Shown here: positions 1 through 13,102 of the stretch, piece by piece
Numbering within the stretch: the stretch's first letter is position 1
Layout of the letters: every line of letters starts with the position of its first letter
From: the human T2T-CHM13v2.0 reference genome, Homo sapiens
Strand: one strand, 5' to 3'
Assembly (NCBI RefSeq): GCF_009914755.1
Contig: NC_060928.1
DNA length: 64,000 bases
Translations under genes and position numbers: made by a program
Notes under the pieces: generated by a model
What the model was told of the DNA's origin: nothing
Seen by the model: only the letters and a program-made list of their open reading frames with translations
Databases searched by the model: none

Positions 1-59
1 AACGGGGGAGGCAAACTACCCTGTATTAGCTCTCATGTGGATTCCTGCAGTAAACTATT

Positions 60-950
60 GACCAGACTTCATGCTTTCATTCTTGCCTCTCTATAATCTA
101 TTTTCTACAAAGTAGCCAGAATCTTCCTTAAAAAATGCAAATCAGATAATTTGGCTTCCTTGCATTTAGAATACAATCCACATTCCTTACTGTGGTCTAC
201 AAGTCAACATATCATGTTGTCATGGGCTGAATTGTGTCTCCCCCAAAATAATAAAGTCCTAATCCATAGTACCTCAGGATGTGCATGTAATTGAAGATGT
301 AGTCTTTAAAAAGGTAATTACATTAAAAATTAGGTCATTAGGGTGGATCTTCATCCAATACCACTGGTATCTTTAAAAAAGGAAGAAATTAGGACACACA
401 CACACACACAAACACGGAGGGGAGACCATGTAAAGATAGTGAAAAGATAGCCATCTAGAAGTCAAGGAGAGCGACCTCAGAAAACTCCAACCCTGCCAAT
501 ACTTTGATCTTGGACTTGTGGCCTCCAGAATTGTGAGAAAATAAATTTCTGTTGTTTAAATCACTCAGTGTGTGGTACTTTGCTATGGCAGCCCTAGCAA
601 AGTAATACACAGGCCTATACCTCTCACTTCTCCTTATAATCCTCTTCTCCTTAACCCTTGCTCCCGATTTTTATTGTTTTTCATCCTCTGCATTCAGCCC
701 AGTAAACATAAACATAATAAACATAGTAAATGTGAGCAAAGGGTCATGGCATTTATTATTCTCTATGCCTAGAATCATTTGCATCCTAATCTTTGATTGG
801 CTGGCTCCTTCTTGTCCCTTAAAAAAAATGTCACTCAGGGACAAATGTTGTCTCCACTGAGAGGCCTTCCCTGACCTCCCCATTCAAAGTAATCTTTCAA
901 TCAGCCTTGGTCACCCTCATGTTATCTTGTTCTTTTTATTATAGTGCTCA
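60..950 (+). mobile_element. L2 LINE fragment, interrupted by an MLT1 LTR
   Basis: Degenerate L2 3'-region motifs on both sides of the LTR (aaaatgcaaatcagat, agaggccttccctgacc); boundaries approximate. Confidence 0.55.
218..609 (+). mobile_element. MLT1 (ERVL-MaLR) solo LTR, MLT1A/B-like
   Basis: Starts tgtcatgggctgaattgtgtc; contains gcctccagaattgtgagaaaataaatttctgttgtttaa; ends gcagccctagcaaagtaataca. Confidence 0.85.
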
Positions 951-1419
951 GTATTAGAAATCATGAAACAAGTCCCTTTATGAATTATATAGCATTGTAC
1001 TCCCAAGCAAGCCTATCATTTGTCCTCTGGTGCCTGAAATTTTTGTTCTTATTCTGACTATAGGGATGGTTGGAGTCAAGGTAACTGACAGACCCCTCAC
1101 AGAGGTGCTCATGCTTGTCCATGTTATCCTATCTCTTCCCTCCATCCTAGAGGGAAGATATCTGGAGTATAGTCCACCCAGTAGTTTCCAGGCTGCAACA
1201 GTGTCCCCCACCCGTACTGGATTATAATTTTTTTAAAGAGGCTAAAGAGAAATTTGTCCATATGCTTTTAGTGTCTCACAGATATTTTGAATATTAGGTT
1301 CTGCTACTTTATTATGGTTCCCTCTTTCTAGGGAGTAGAAGTGAATCCAGGGAAATTGAACAGGAAAATAGTCTGAATGATAATAACAATTGCCGCTCCT
1401 TTATAATAACAACTCATTG

Positions 1420-1585
1420 TTCTTGGAACAAACTTGCTAAGTTTTATTTCCTTGTCTGTGGTCCATAACAATATTTGCCCAAGGGATTGCTTGAGGATTA
1501 AATACGGTAATGTATATCAAGTTTCTAAGAAACAGCCTGTTATGTATTATGACTCAGTAGCAGTTAGCTGCCCTTATTGTTGCTA
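1420..1585 (+). mobile_element. MIR fragment
   Basis: MIR core-like tgaggattaaatacggtaatgtat...cagtagcagttagct. Confidence 0.55.
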
Positions 1586-4500
1586 AATGTTAAGCCCTGA
1601 GATAAATTTTAACTAAACCTCTTTGATACAAATCTATACCTGAATGCATTCTATACTTACTTTCTTAAAATGTGACTTAAGCACAGATATCTGAGTACCT
1701 ATGTGTATTTCTCAATATTCAAGTGCTGTTGTTGCTATTTTTAGCCTCTTCATATTAATAATTTTAAAAACTCTTCCTTTGAAAATAATGACAGAAAATT
1801 GACAAAAGGCTACTCTGTATTCTTAAGGGAAGTAATTATAATTATGCCGAGCAGAAGGTAAAATTATAATTTGTTAGCTATTTTGTTATGCTTTACCAAA
1901 AATTTATCACAGTTTTAGTGAAAGAGCCATAAACTTTAGTAGACTTCTAAGATATAGCAATGAATGCACTGCTATTGAGGAAATAGAGTCATTATAATGC
2001 AAGAAAATGCCTGAGTTTCATTAGATCCTAAGGGAAATAGAGCTAGGTTAGACTTGTGGGAATCAATAGAACTTGTTTTTCAACTTACATGAACAAGTGA
2101 TGCTGAAATGACTCAGATTTATATACATCATAAATAGCAGTACTGGACTTTGGCTGCTTTTTTTTTCTCTTGGAGTTAAACTTCTCATGTAAGAATTTAT
2201 GAGATAGAAAAAACTCAGTGAAGGGGAATCAACTGAGGCCAACTGCTGTGTGGGGAAAATCAAGAGTTCATATGTTTAGACTTGCCATCCTCACATATCT
2301 TGATAAATATTAGAGGGGTGATATTAGCAAGTGTTTACAATGAGAATTCATTTTCCTGGTTTTGGCTCATTGACTGAGGCAAAGAAATTAATAGCTTTAT
2401 TTTATTTTATAGCATGAGCAGCACTTTGTGTGTGATATGAAAGCTGCTTATGTGATTGATGTGTTCATTGCATCTTATGGCTTATGATAATAAATGCATA
2501 TATCACACAACAAGAACTAAAACAGATATGTTCTATAATGCGCTCATCTCATTCTATTTTCATTATGATTTTTTATCCACAAACACTGCACAAGATGTAC
2601 ATACTTGAGTACTTGTCTGCATTCTTGTACATTTCCAACTGCAAATATTGCTGTTTTGAAAGTCTGCTGGGATGGGCTTTCTACTTCACACTCCTTGAAA
2701 TTGATCTGGTAGGAAGAGCATAATATTTCAAACCACCTCATTGCAATATAAGCATTAGAAGCTTACTAAAAGGCTTTTTATGTTGACGATAGCCTAGTTA
2801 TACAGACTTGCTCAATAACAGTAATTGTCTTGGCTTGTTTCAGAACTCCAGTGGCCACACATTTTTTAGAAATGTAAATGGCATTCTTTACTAAGTTAGA
2901 AGCTCAAGTGGATTCGGAAATGCTATTGTTTGTATATATGGTATTTGTTTAGAACTTTCTAAAATTCTTCTACTTTCCTGAAATACCTGGTGATAAGCTT
3001 GAAACACATTTTTAAAAATTCAGCATCCAAAGGTAGGAGACCTATCTCTGTTTCCATAGGAGGGCAGTATAATATTGGAAAGAAACATAAGAACTTGGAG
3101 GTAGTTTTTTGTGCCTTATAATTAAACCATTTCCTGCAAGGGGAGTGGATGGTATTTCAAATCACACTAATAAATCTATGGGTTAATAACATGTGAGTTA
3201 GAATAGCCATGCACCATAATCACTGCTGTGGATTCATTTGTCTCTTTTTACACAGTATATTGATTTTTCCCCTTAAGAATGTAACAAAGAAAGAACTTTA
3301 TAAAATTCTTTTGTCTTTAAACTCTGCTTGTTAATATATTCCTGTTGCCACTCATCTACTAGTAATTTCCTGACAGGTAACTATTGCTGTTATAATTGGA
3401 AATAGTCTTGAAAAAGTAGTTGCTGTGTTTCTGGAGAAACTTCTTATTACTGGTAATTGCCTGCATAATGAATTGCAAGAACTAGATGACTTCAGCCGAG
3501 ATCAAAAGTGACCATTAACTCACCTATCTGCAAACTGAAGATTTCTGGGACTTGTATCTTATGGCAATTTCATTTCTTTTTCACTTTTTAAAAGACTCAG
3601 CTTTCTTCTGTCAAGTTCATAAGTATCAGCTCACACACATTTAATACTTACCTTGTCTTGTGAAACCTTTCCAGCAGATGAAAAACCATCTTTATTAATT
3701 CAGAAATATGGGAGTAGAGGGAATTGTTTGTGCATCTTGATTAAAAAATAAACAAGCAGGCAATTAAATTGCATATAGGATATTTTACAGACTGACAGCT
3801 TCTCATTAAAATTGATTTCAGGATAATTTCATATACTGACATGAAGTCTATCGGGTTGTAGTTTTGGTTTTTTAGCTCAGACAACCCAACACTTTCTTCA
3901 CTCTTGAAAAAGGACATAGATTACAAGTTGGTGTTTTTAATAACCAATAATTTTTTCCTTTGCTCATCTCTCTTCACCTTTTTGTTTCCTCTGTGAAAGC
4001 AGGGATAGAATTTGAAAAGTGATGGGAATGAGAATCCTCGAGCATGAGGAGTTTGGTTTCTTGAGGCTCCTTAAGGAGGTTCGGGGGAGACTGAGAAACA
4101 AGGCAATGTGGAAAATGGTTCAAAGACAAGAACAAAAGGTAATAGATTCTCTCCTTGAGGAAACTCTAGTCAGACTCAAAATTTTCTTCTCAACTAGACC
4201 ATGACTTTTGGGCTTCTGTGTTTGTCTCTGCATTGCTCAATTTTAGCAAGAAGCTTTCCAAGTCAGTTTAGCCAGAGTCCTTCACTCACGATACTTAGTT
4301 GGGTTCCTCATTCTCCACAATCCCCTTGTGATGTCTGATCACTGTAGCATGCCTTTAGCAACAGACCTAGTCAGTTAGCTTAGCCTAAATGTCCTCTAAT
4401 TCTTGATGTTTTTCTTAGTGATTTTTTATCCAATGACCCTCACCCTGCTCCTTGTCTATGAATTTCCACTCTTCTCATTGTATTTGGAGTTGAGCTCAAT

Positions 4501-4904
4501 CTCTCTCTCCAACTGCAATGCCTCATTGCAGTGGTCTCTATACCTATATCTATAGTCCCCGTGGATAAGGTCTTCCTTTCTTTCTCTAACAAATAAATGA
4601 ATAATCTTGTTCTATAACAGTTATGATTCTGTGACTCAAGATTAGATTCATTATTAGGCTCTTGAATCTTTTTGAAGAGAGGTCAAAAACCCCTCTTCTT
4701 GACTTCCTGCTTCTCACCTAAGTGAGAAGGCTTTGAAGACTTTGTCTTCACTCCCGACTGACTGTTGGGGATCCATTGGTGAGACAGACTCCAGAACCAT
4801 TGCTCTGGACAAATATCTGCTGAAGCTGGTAAGGACAGATTTTGATTCTTGAGATTCTGATATACTCTCTAAAGCTGGGTTAGAGTCCCAGCCTTCTTCT
4901 TCTT

Positions 4905-5196
4905 TTTTCTTTTTCTTTTTTTTGAGATGGAGTTTTGCTCTTGTTGCCCAGACAGGAGTGCAATGGCACGATCTCGGCTCACTGCAACCTCTGCCTCTGA
5001 GGTTCAAGCGATTCTCCTGCCTAAGATTCCCAAGTAGCTGGGATTACAGGCATGCGTCACCACACCCAGCTAATTTTGTATTTTTAGTAGATAATGGTGT
5101 TTCACCATGTTGGTCAGGCTGGTCTTGAACTCCTAACCTCAGGTGATCCGCCTGCCCAAATCCCAAAGTGCTGAGATCACAGGTGTGAGCCACCAC
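4905..5196 (-). mobile_element. AluS (Sp/Sq-like)
   Basis: T-rich tail then gagatggagttttgctcttgttgccc...gtgagccaccac; extreme 5' end missing. Confidence 0.92.
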
Positions 5197-5560
5197 AATG
5201 TTGGAGGTGAGGCCTGGTGAGAGGTGTTTCGATCATAGGGGTAGATCCCTCATGAATGGCTTGGGCCATCCTCTTGTTGGTAAGTGACCTCTGTCTCTGA
5301 GTTCTCACGAGATGCATTTAAAAGTGTGTGACACCTCCCCCAGCCCCTTTCTCTCTTTCTCCTACTTTTGCCACGTGAAGTATCTGCTCCTACTTCACCT
5401 TCTGCCATGAGTAAAAGCTTCCTGAGGCCTCCCCAGAAGCAGATGCTGGTGCCATGCTTCCTGTAGAGCCTGCAAAACTGTGAACCAATTAAACCACGTC
5501 TCCAATAAATTACTCAGTCTCAGATATTTCTTTATAGCAATGCAGGAATGGCCTATTACA
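5197..5560 (+). mobile_element. MST (MaLR) LTR, 5' end missing
   Basis: aatgttggaggtgaggcctggtgagaggtg...cttcctgaggcctccccagaagcagatgctgg...tttatagcaatgcaggaatggcctattaca. Confidence 0.85.
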
Positions 5561-5574
5561 GTATTCAAACGAAA

Positions 5575-6110
5575 ACAAAGTGTTTTACCTAAATGTTCAT
5601 CTCAGCACTATTCACAATAGCAAAGACAAGGTATCAACTCAGGTGCCCATCAGTGGTGTATTGGATAAAGAAAATATGGTATACAAACACCATGGAATAC
5701 TATGTAGGCATAAAGAAAAATGGAATCTTGTCCTTTCTAGGAACATGGATGCAGCTGGAAGCTATTATCCTAAGTAAATTAACACAAGAACAGAAAAACA
5801 AATACCGCATATTTTCACTTAAAACTGGGAGCTAAACATTGAGTGCTCTTGGACATAGAGATGTCAATAATAGACACTGGGGACTATTGCAGCTGGGAAT
5901 GGGAGGGGGGCAAGGGTTGAAAAACTAACTATTGGGTATGACACTCAGTACCTGGGTGACAAGATCATCCATTTGTACTCCAAACCTCAGCATCACATAA
6001 TGTACCCAGGTAAAAAAGTCACACATAAACCCACTGACTCTAAATTGAAAGTTGAAAAAATGTGCAGTTTTAATTGTACATCAATTATACCTCAATGAAG
6101 TTGTTTTAAA
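5575..6110 (+). mobile_element. Old L1 3' end (L1PB/L1MA-type)
   Basis: ORF2 C-terminal relic ALFTIAK...WMQLEAIILSKLTQEQKNKY followed by a 3'UTR and A-rich end. Confidence 0.85.
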
Positions 6111-8549
6111 AATTTTGTGGAAAGGCATGTCAAATAAGAGGAGATGTTGCTTTTCTGCAAATAAATAAAAGAAGAGACGCTTTTGCTTTTCCTGGATTAT
6201 ATTTGTATGAGTGAATATTACATAAGTAGGCATTATATTAATTGTAATAAAATTGTATGAAGGTCATAGAAATTTTTCAATATCTTGTTGTGTGGTTATA
6301 ATTTTTGTTGTATGTCACAGAAATAACCAAATTTTCTTGTCATGTGAACTCTCATCAGATATTTAGAAAGAGAAAGGTTTATGAAACTGTGAACCACAAA
6401 TCAAGCACATAAGAATTAATTACATGGAACTGAATGAACTGACAAAGAGTGTCGTTTTGTTTGGAATATGGCTGGTAATTTAATGTTTTATTTTCCAGAT
6501 TTAAGGAATCCTGTTCCTTCTTTCTCTCAAGCTATGCATAACTTACAGCAGTTTGGTAAAGTATATCTTTGTGAACGGAGATGAAATATTTATTGTTTTT
6601 CCCTATCTGGTCTTTCCAAAATTTGTAAACTATTATTGAGTATTCTTATCGTCCTGGCAATATAATTATTTGCATAAGTTCAGTCAGAATCTGTTCTCCT
6701 TGTAACAGAATAGAATTGGAAAAATTATTTGTTTTACTAAGGCTTTGACTGGAATGTCATATCAGAAAATGATGTACATAGAATCTGGCTTTAAGAAACA
6801 ACAATTGATTTTATGGGGCCAATGCTTACAAAGCCCTCTTGGGAAAACTGGCCTGGTACCTGGCTCATAGCATTCCCAGTTTTACATGTGTGTAAGGAGA
6901 TCACTTTTTGGCAGACTCAGGAACCTCACGATATCGTGGGAATCTCAAGAAAAGAGGAATTCACTGAAATCTATGGTTACCACAAGAAAAATCTGGTGGT
7001 GAGTTCTTGGCTTTGGCTTCCTGGGCTCAAAGGGCTTCAAAAAAAATCTAATCTAAAATTCCTTATTAAAGGTCTACGTGGTCAATGGCTCTTGCTGCAC
7101 TTATGTAAATAATCAGGCTTAATCTGATGAGACTAGATTTATTTTGTAAACGAGGTCCAAAGGAAGGTGATTGTAGAAATTTGGTTTCAGTGGAAAATTA
7201 TCATGCACCCTTGTGGGTATTAGATTATAATCCTGTTCATCTGAGTGATTTTCTGCCTCTTGGTAACTTCATTTCACTTTCTCCCTTGTTATCCATGTAT
7301 AAACTGGACTATATCCTGAATTATTCTAGTTTCTTCCTATATCTGGTTACAATTCTCCAAACTAATGTTTCCACTTTTTTTCCCCACTCTCCTAACTTGG
7401 CATCACTGATAACTAAAACTGCCCTTTTCCTGAAGTATTGCAAGCTGAGGCTAGATGAGTTGTCATAAACTACCAAAAAATCATAGCAAATCATGTACTG
7501 ACAACCTCCATGCCTGCTGCTATGTAGGCCACTCAGGCAGTTCACCAAAACACCCAATGCCATCACCAAAGACATCCCAATTGCAAGCCAGAATATTTGT
7601 CAGATGACCATTGCTGTCCTCCTTCTACCATCTGAAGAGACTTGGAGCCCAACATCTAGAAATCTTTTTGACTGGCTGCCTTTAGGACTCAAAAGCCAGC
7701 CTTCCGACCAATAATCTTTGTTTTTATTTTGTTTCCACAGAAATTTTCCTCATTAAATGCCTGAATGTTTACACCATACAGCAAATATCCCATACTGGGC
7801 CCCAACAGATGACTCAGTTGGCTGTTAATGAACGATTTGGTCAAAGGTGAGAAAATGGACTTATATTATTTAAAGGAAAGAAGAGTGTCTTTTTTTTCCT
7901 TGAACAAGTGCAGGGACTGACAAAGATTCTTTCCTTGATGAAACTCTTAAGTAGACTCTTTCAAACTCTCTTCTCAATTAAACGTTGAATTTTGGGCTTC
8001 TGTGTTCATCTTTGCATCCTTTGTCCAATTTTAGCAAGAATCCTGCTAACTTAGTTTAGCCAGCCTTACCTGTCCATGATACTTGATCACCCTAGACACC
8101 TGACAGAGTTCCTCCTCCACCATCCCCCAGGTGATGTCTGATCACCCTGGCCTGTCTTCAGCAAGAAGCCTGTTGGGTTGGTTTAGCCTGAAAACTCCTT
8201 ACCTATTGTTTCCTCTTAGTGATTTTTCATCCAGTGATGCCCACCCTGCTTCTTGTCTATAAATTCCCACTTCTCCTTATTGTATAAGAAGATGAGCTCA
8301 TTCTCTTTCTCTCACTGCAGTGGTCCCTACTTGTATTGCAATAGTCTCCTCGAACAAAGTCAGCCTTGCAGTTCTTTAGCAAGTATAATTGAATAATTGT
8401 TTCTTTAACAAAGAACATTAACATTTGATTCAATGAGGACTTTAGAAAATGTTAGTGTACTGCCATTGTGAAATGCTGGAAAAGGAAATTAATATTAAAA
8501 TATAAATTGTTTTTAGAAGGGACTTTGCCAACCTTTTGTTTGGCTGATG

Positions 8550-8670
8550 ACATAAGTAGGCATTATATTAATTGTAAGAAAATTGTATGAAGGTCATAGA
8601 AATTTTTCAATATCTTGTTGTGTGGTTATAATTTTTGTTGTATGTCACAGAAATAACCAAATTTTCTTGT
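8550..8670 (+). repeat. 121-bp direct duplicate of 6220-6340
   Basis: 120/121 identical; single difference 6248 T vs 8578 G. Confidence 0.95.
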
Positions 8671-10219
8671 TATAAATGTCACACTTGGTTCAGTTGAGTT
8701 CCCTGACGGATTTTGTCATTGCCAAGCATGAGCTTGGAGATGAGTTTGGAAGTAGGGGCTGGTGATATTGAATTAATCTGCATTATACAAAATGAACATA
8801 ATGGTAATTCCAGAGGAAATCTTAGATAAGAAGGACAGCAAAACGTGGAGAAAACCAGTCCCTCGGAAGTAACTTAATGGATGAAAAACTTCATACCTTA
8901 GTTACAATAATGTTACCATTAAGCAGTTGTACGTACCTGTGTACCTAACAAGGCTGTATCTGGGATGATTTCCTGGTTGATTAAAAGCAGTGTTTCTAAA
9001 GGTAGTCAAGTTGGGGGAAAAAGAAAAAGCAAAAACTCTCTTAAGAGAAGATATACAACAGTATTGGCCTGAAACAACTTGGATCTAGCCATACCCAGGG
9101 GGTTCCTTATCTGCAAAATTAAAATCTGTGTACTCAGTTTTACTTTGAGGGCAAGATTATGAAAATGGATTATTATTACTCTAATGGAGAGTCATGTTTT
9201 ATAATTCCCCAGTTGAACCATCACTAAATTATGTGGTAAGAATGAGTGGGTGGGGAAGCACAACTGGACAAACCGCTGTCAGGTCTGCCCACTTCTGCAC
9301 AGAGTTGTAATTTTTTCCACGATTGAAGAGGAAAACAATGTTCTTTTCATTCAGATGTACATTTATTCTACCATTGACCATGATGTGACTTGGCCCATAA
9401 AGTTGGTTCCTCCTTTGTCAGTGTAGATTAGATTCGTATCTATTAAGAATTTTATTGTGCTTACAGAACAGAAAAAAAAAATCTCATAGAATTCACATTC
9501 TCAACTTCCCTTCAAGATATTTGTGCAGTTTACATTGAATAAATTTGTTTTATTTCCTTTGACTGCAAAGCTTTTGATCTTCTCAACTGGATATGCGAAG
9601 CACTTTACTATAGGCTTCCTTTTCTATGTAATAAATAAATACTTATTCAGTTGTTGAAATCTACATATGTGGCTTCTTGAATATTCCCATATGTTCTGTC
9701 TCTTCTATTTAATATATAATCATTTATTAGGCACCTACTACATGCTGGCCACCATTCTAGTGTCAATGGCACAACAGAATCACTGTGTCCAAGAGATGAT
9801 GTAGAAGATGGTAAGAGGTGGAGAGCATTTTCAGTTGAATGCTTGTCTTTTTTCTTGCTTTGTGTGGTGTGATATGTCTGCTGGCCAGGCAGAGGGTGTT
9901 TAGATATTGTTGGATTACCAAATGATTGTCCATACATTTGCTCTCATTTTAGGAATTGATTCCTTTCTTACCTCTAATTGATTTTTCATCTATTCCCTTT
10001 GCCTATAAACCTCTTGAGATGATGAACTACAGAAAAGGCAGAAGGCCTTAATATGCTATTTAATCTAATATTATATAAAACTGGATCCAACTTTCCCATT
10101 ACTGTTATTACTGTCTTCTTGCAACACAGGACTTTCCTTATTGAACTGTAATTATTTGTGTTTTTTTTGTTTTGTTTTATCTTGTCCCAGAATACGATGG
10201 ACTACTTATTAACCTAGAC

Positions 10220-10430
10220 CTGTGGTTCCTAAACTATGGCATCACAGTGAATTTTATAGGAGCATTTCAGAGTATTTCAAAAGGCCGAGGGAAACACAAT
10301 AATGTTTGTCAGATACTGTGTAAACTATTAGCTCAAGGTAATTCACAATTTCAATGTTAGATTTCACTACATTCCTTTTGATAATGTCCTATCTTTGTGA
10401 AGCTGAGTTTTCCGAACTTGCTGTATAATT
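10220..10430. mobile_element. hAT-Charlie-like DNA transposon fragment
   Basis: Begins c-tgtggttcctaaact, resembling the CAGTGGTTC TIR; internal tgtgaagctgagttttc resembles a Charlie motif. Confidence 0.4.
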
Positions 10431-10527
10431 TGGAATCTGGATAAATAATTTCTCTATTTTATCTGATGCTTTTTCTATTTTTTAAAAGTGTTTTTCATCT
10501 TTCACTGTATTTTCCATTTATTTGCAG

Positions 10528-10640
10528 ATAGAAACAGACTAAATGTGAGTTTGAGGAAGCCCTGAAGCCAGTTTCAAGTATATGGTGACATCTCTCTGGT
10601 GGTCAGGTGGACCTGATTTTTTTCTATATAGCATTTCACA
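10528..10640 (+). other. Candidate exon, non-coding (stops in all three frames)
   Basis: Acceptor tttccatttatttgcag| and donor ACA|gtgagt; an alternative donor AAT|gtgagt follows 10544. Confidence 0.4.
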
Positions 10641-10707
10641 GTGAGTATTTTTCTTCCTGTGTCTTAGCCACAATTTTTAAAATGTTTTCTTTTTTTCTGT
10701 TTCACAG

Positions 10708-10719
10708 TCACTTTCAATA
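10708..10719 (+). other. Candidate 12-nt microexon
   Basis: ttttctttttttctgtttcacag|TCACTTTCAATA|gtaagt. Confidence 0.3.
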
Positions 10720-11809
10720 GTAAGTCTCTTGCTGCATATGTTATTGTTTGAATACCAGTTGACAGCTCTTATAATAAAAAAACCAGAAAGTAATAACAGT
10801 TTATACTTCTGTGTGAAGAAAAGTGCTTTGTTCCTTTATACTTGGTTTGCATTTGAAAATATTCATGAGTCCTTTGCTATCAACTTAAAAAACATATTTA
10901 AATCAAAGTAATGAAGTGAAGCATAATAAGTTTCCAGATACCAATATGTTTTACTGTGTCTGAATATTTACAAACAAATAATTTTACTTGGCAGTAGAAA
11001 TGTAAGCAAGACTGAATTTCATAATTTAACAATATTTTTTCTTATTTTGAATATTGATTTCTTCAGTTATATTATATACACATAATGAGGGTTCTATCTA
11101 GTAAGTCTTAATTATTATTTTCTTAAAACAATAATTTTAAAAAAAACAACCTCTATCTTTCTTCTTGCTATTTTGGAAAATATAATTGACAACTAAAAGG
11201 GTATAATAGACCGAAAAAGCTATGTCCAGTAAAAACAGATTCCCAGAAAACAATAGGTGGAAATATAATTTATGATACTATTTAAAAATATATATCAATC
11301 TTAGTATAAACTCTGAGCTAACTTAGTTTGAAAATATATAAAAACGTGACCACTGAAATTCATAGGTCATATGAATGCCGAGCAAAATGGTCATAGCCAA
11401 GCAAAATGATTTCCCCACAGGCATTACTTTCTTTGTTAAAAAATGCTTACATAAAAGAATTTTAAGATTTGGCAGTTTTCTGGTTAGAAATATAAATTAG
11501 GGAAGCTACACAATAAGTTTTCGTTGACTCATAGGTTGAGAAGCAGCTTCCATAAATTATCTAGATATTTTTCCCACCTCTACTTAGGAATGTTCTAAAC
11601 TGATTTAGACAGATAACTTTTGTATAATTGCATTGAGAAAGGTAACCTTACAGTCTATCACCTATCCCAGTGTTCAGAGGTTGATGCTAGACAAGTTAAT
11701 GAGATATGCACATTTTCCCAACACGTTCTTTCATCTCACCATTTGTGTGTCTCTTTTATAACTCTCACACCTTGTCTTTCAGCTTCCTGGTGGTGCTTGA
11801 ATGGAGGCA

Positions 11810-11970
11810 AGGAGTCATACTGGGGAGATAGATGCAAGGGTTGCAAGTCCTGTCTAAATCTCTTACTGTACAAACTTTGCCATATCTTCTTTACTCTTTG
11901 AGCCTCCTTGATCTTCACCATATAATGGTGGTAATAATATGTACCTTTTAGGACTGAGTTAAATGCACAC
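11810..11970 (+). mobile_element. MIR fragment
   Basis: tctttgagcctcc...tataatggtggtaataatatgtacc...ggactgagttaaatgca. Confidence 0.55.
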
Positions 11971-13102
11971 AAAGTCATTTTTCCCTCAGATGGGCCATAG
12001 GGTCCATGAAGAGGTTAAAATTATACCTCCTTTCTTAACTTCCTTTCTGCTTACAACCAAAACTGTATTGAAATTGCCAGCCTGGTCCATTCCAAGATGG
12101 CCAAACAGGAACAGCTCTGGTCTGCAGCCCCCAGAGTGATCAACGCAGAAAACAGGTGATTTCTGCATTTCCAGCTGAGCTTCCTGGTTCATCTCACTGG
12201 GACTGGTTGGACAGTGGGTGCAGCCCATGGAGAGTGAGCCAAAGCAGGGTGGGGCATTGCTTCACCCAGGGAACACAAGGGGTCAGGGGATTTCCCTTTC
12301 CTAGCCAAGGGAAGCCATGACAGATGGTACCTGGAAAATTGGGACACTGCTGCCCAAATACTGCGCTTTTCCAATGGTCTTAGCAAACAGCACACCAGGA
12401 GATTATATCCCACAGCTGGCTTGGCAGATCCCATGCCCACAGAGCCTTGCTCACTGCTAGCACAGCAATCTGAGATCAAACTGTGAAGTGGCAGCCTGTT
12501 AGGGAGAGGGGCATCTGTCATTGCTGAGGCTTGAGTAGGTAAACGAAGTGGCCAGGAAGCTCGAACTGGATGGAGCCTATGGCAGCTCAACAGGGCCTGC
12601 TGCCTCTGTAGACTCCACCTCTGGGAGCAGGGCATAGCTGAACAAAAGGCAGCAGAAACTTCTGCAGACTTAAACATCCCTGTCTGACAGCACTGAAGAC
12701 AGCAGTGGTTCTCCCAGCATGGTGTTTGAGCTCTGAGAACGGACAAACTGCCTCCTCAAGTAGGTCCCTAAACCCCGTATAGCCTAACTGGGAGACACCT
12801 CCCAGTAGGGGCCAACTGACACCTCATACAGGCAGGTGCCCCTCCGGGATGAAGCTTCCAGAGGAAGGATCAGGCAGCAATATTTGCTGTTCTGCAGCCT
12901 CTGCTGGTGATACCTAGGCAAACAGGGTCTGGAGTCGACCTCCAGCAAACTCCAAAAGACCTGCAGCTGAGGGACCTCACTGTTAAAAGAAAACTAACAA
13001 ACAGAAAGGAATAGCATCAACATCAACAAAAAGGACATCCACACCAAAACCTCATCTGTAGGTCACCATCATCAAAGACCAAAGGTAGATAAAACCACAA
13101 AG

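Larger units (their letters stand above)
4138..8410 (+). mobile_element. Internally deleted MER31-family (ERV1/MER4 group) provirus with two LTRs
   Basis: Two homologous same-strand LTRs (about 4138-4619 and 7918-8410) share ttttgggcttctgtgtt, caattttagcaagaa, gtgatgtctgatcac and caccctgct-cttgtctat; non-coding internal sequence between them; purine-rich run before the 3' LTR; interrupted by Alu, MST and L1. Confidence 0.75.

Noticed and set aside
701-732. Cluster of TAAACA forkhead-like motifs
   Set aside because: A short AT-rich slippage repeat within an L2; no independent evidence of function.
2595-2708. Possible exon ending CTG|gtagga with two open frames
   Set aside because: Poor acceptor and no recognisable homology.
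6813-7575. ORFs inside the MER31 internal region as gag/pol/env
   Set aside because: They are short and lack retroviral motifs.
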